In this document: positions 61,921 through 64,000 of the stretch, one piece after another | How the letters are laid out: every line of letters starts with the position of its first letter | Numbering within the stretch: position 1 is the stretch's first letter | From: Balamuthia mandrillaris | Lineage: Eukaryota | DNA length: 64,000 bases | Direction: 5' to 3' | NCBI GenBank assembly: GCA_031835245.2 | Contig: JAVKOQ020000039.1 | Span: forward strand, 1 to 64,000 | Made by a program: the position numbers and the translations under genes | The notes under the pieces: model-generated | What the model saw: the letters and a program-made list of their open reading frames with translations, nothing else | Databases searched by the model: none | Told to the model about the DNA's origin: nothing

Positions 61921-63337
61921 ATGAGAAGAAACAACAAAGGAAAACGTAAAGCGGAAGAGGAAGATGGGAGGGAGAAAAGCCTTATCACCGAGTTACCAAC
62001 GGAGCTGAAGGTGTTGTATGTCCTTCCTCTCCACCCCAGATCTCATCCGGTGTTTCATGGTCTGTCGCGAGTGGAACGCCTTGCGCAGAGAGCCCTTCCT
62101 GTTGAAACTGTTGACTTCCACAACCTCGTCTTCGGTTTTGATGCTAGACGCGCCCAAAAGAAGGAGGATCCTGGCAATGTGGCTCCCTTGCGAGGATTCT
62201 TATAAAGTTGTGGTGTTGGGGGAAGGCGGCACCGGACGCATGAGCTTTATCCGTCGTGTAACGGGCGAATTCGACTATCTCGACCAGCTTCCTTTCGGTC
62301 TGCTTGGTCTTGACAGGTTTCTTTCTCTCTTTCTTCTTGTTTCTTTCTTGTCATTCCCTTCTGCTTGTTCTTGTTCTTGTTATTCTTCTTCTTCAACATC
62401 TTTCATTTGTTCTAATTCTTTCTTGTTCTTCTTCTTCTTCTTGTTCTTGTTCTTGTTCTTCTTCTTTCTTCTTCTTCTTCTTCTTCTTTTCTCTTCATTT
62501 TCTTTCATTTGTTTTCATGTATATGTGGGTGCCAACAACAAGGAAAAAAAACCATCAACAGGTTTAGCAAAACAGTGGAAATAGATGGTAAGGACGTTGT
62601 TTTGGAATTTGCTCCTCCTACGAAGAAACCCTACAAAGACCCATGTATAGTCTCCTCTTTATAACTCCATCACATTCTGTTAGACACAATACACCATGCA
62701 AACAGAGTAACTCACCGTTGTTCTTCTCCCAATAACAACTATATGAATAGCAAGAAATCCCAACCTGCGAAATGGAGATTGCTTCTTGATATTCTACTCA
62801 GTAACATCCCGTCAAACCTTTGAGGCCGTTCCTCCGCTCGTGGAACTCATTCGCCAAGCACAAGGAGGCGGGAGAGGCAAGCGCCCTCCACGCGGGGAGC
62901 CCACCCGCCAAGCGGGTTACTGCGACATGATCCGCTGTCCTCCCATCATCATCATTGGTAACAAAATGGACCTTGCGTCTTCTCCTCAGCAGCAAGCACA
63001 AAGAGAAGTCTCTTTCGCGGAAGGAAAGAGGTTGGCGGATTCTCTGTTGGTTTATCGTTGGAACGAAGATGAACCAAGGAGCAAAAAGAAGAAACATAAG
63101 AGCGAGAAGAAAGGAGGATTCGTGTTTCGCAAAAACTTTTTCGAGATGAGCGTGAAGAACAACATCGCCATGTTCCATGGAGTTGATGTGGAGCACCCTC
63201 ACACCAGGGAGGATGTGGTGTCTGTTGTTGTGGAGGAGGTAGTAAGACAGATCGATGAATGGAGATACCGCCGTGTGTTGCGAGAGGAAAAGGAGATTCT
63301 TGCTTTGGCAAAAAACAACACATGCCTGTTGATGTAA
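61921..63337 (+). CDS. F-box + degenerate Ras-like GTPase with CaaX (CLLM); frameshift in the F-box near 62011
   Basis: ITELPTELK / MSFLSTPDLIRCFMVCREWNAL (F-box split over two frames), YKVVVLGEGGTGRMS, IFYSVTSRQTFE, IIGNKMDL, REVSFAEGKRLA, FFEMSVK, terminal CLLM. Confidence 0.7.
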
Positions 63338-63381
63338 ACAAAACGAAAATAAAGGAAAGAGAAAAGAAGGAGAAAGGTGGA

Positions 63382-64000
63382 TCAGTTGCTGGCATGTTGG
63401 CGTAAGAACACGCCAGGCATCCAACTGCTACACGCCATCACGTGGGTGATAGCATTGGTGTCGTACTCGTCCCCAGAGCGATAGGTCTCAAAAAACCCGT
63501 TGAGCTTCTTCACTCTATCCGGCCACATTTCCACCGCTTGCAGACCTTTTTGTATATAAAGTTTTAAACAACCAAACATAAGAATAAGGAATAGAAAACA
63601 CAAAGCAGAAGAGAGAACAACATACCAATGGACACTCCATAGTTCGTGAATGCATACTTGGTCTCTCTCATCTCCGGATGTCTGCAAAAATATCCTCTGC
63701 CTCCTCCTCTTCCTTCTCCTTCCTCCTCCCCTCCGCTCCCGGTGTCTCCATTCCCCTCCACCCACATCCTATCCAGCGTCCGCAGGCAGGTCTTCCTCAG
63801 GTGCTGCGCCCAACGCTCCTGCGGGAACCAATGCGTCAGCCACAGGCTCTCCCCCAAGCCCAGGTCCTGCTCGCAAACGAACCGCTTGTAGTTCTTCATC
63901 ACCAAGGCGCGCATCTCCTCGATCTCCTCCTCCAAGTTCTCCTGCCCTCCCGCTCTGCGCTCCGCCCTCTCCGCCGCCGCCTCCTCCGAGGAGTACGGCG
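63382..64000 (-). CDS. Hypothetical conserved protein, 3' part only
   Basis: GC-rich coding exons DLGLGESLWLTHWF...YAFTNYGVSIG/LQAV...AITHVMACSSWMPGVFL with one GT-AG intron. Start lies beyond the window. Confidence 0.6.

Overview
Gene-dense, intron-rich eukaryotic genomic DNA. The 5S rRNA sequence and actin D-loop point to an amoebozoan close to Acanthamoeba (Balamuthia-like; inferred, not verified). Introns are mostly short GT-AG and often filled with pyrimidine microsatellites on the sense strand. About 20 protein genes can be hand-spliced: TTL-like (partial), 2OG-Fe(II) oxygenase, SAM+histidine phosphatase, Zn-macrodomain, GNAT, RGS, a ~13 kb IP3R/RyR-type channel, an R2K/Cdc123-clade ATP-grasp, a BPI/TULIP-like+2xPqiA membrane protein, LIN52, PSAT-like LCAT enzyme, a Rad60/NIP45-like protein with three SUMO-like domains, a BTB protein, ALG2, a secreted repeat protein, MIC10, an actin-Zn finger-vWA fusion, an F-box/Ras-like protein and several hypotheticals. 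There is also a solitary 5S rRNA gene and a decayed Mutator (MULE) transposon lying between the channel gene and an inverted, truncated copy of its 5' end. The most interesting unexplained signals are a ~390-nt highly base-paired intergenic segment (28966-29352) that looks like an unclassified ncRNA, the actin-vWA fusion, the TULIP-PqiA fusion, the atypical channel filter (GGGLLD) and a recurring promoter palindrome TGTCGACA. All family calls come from motif recognition by eye; no database searches were run. Multi-exon CDS coordinates span start to stop and include introns.
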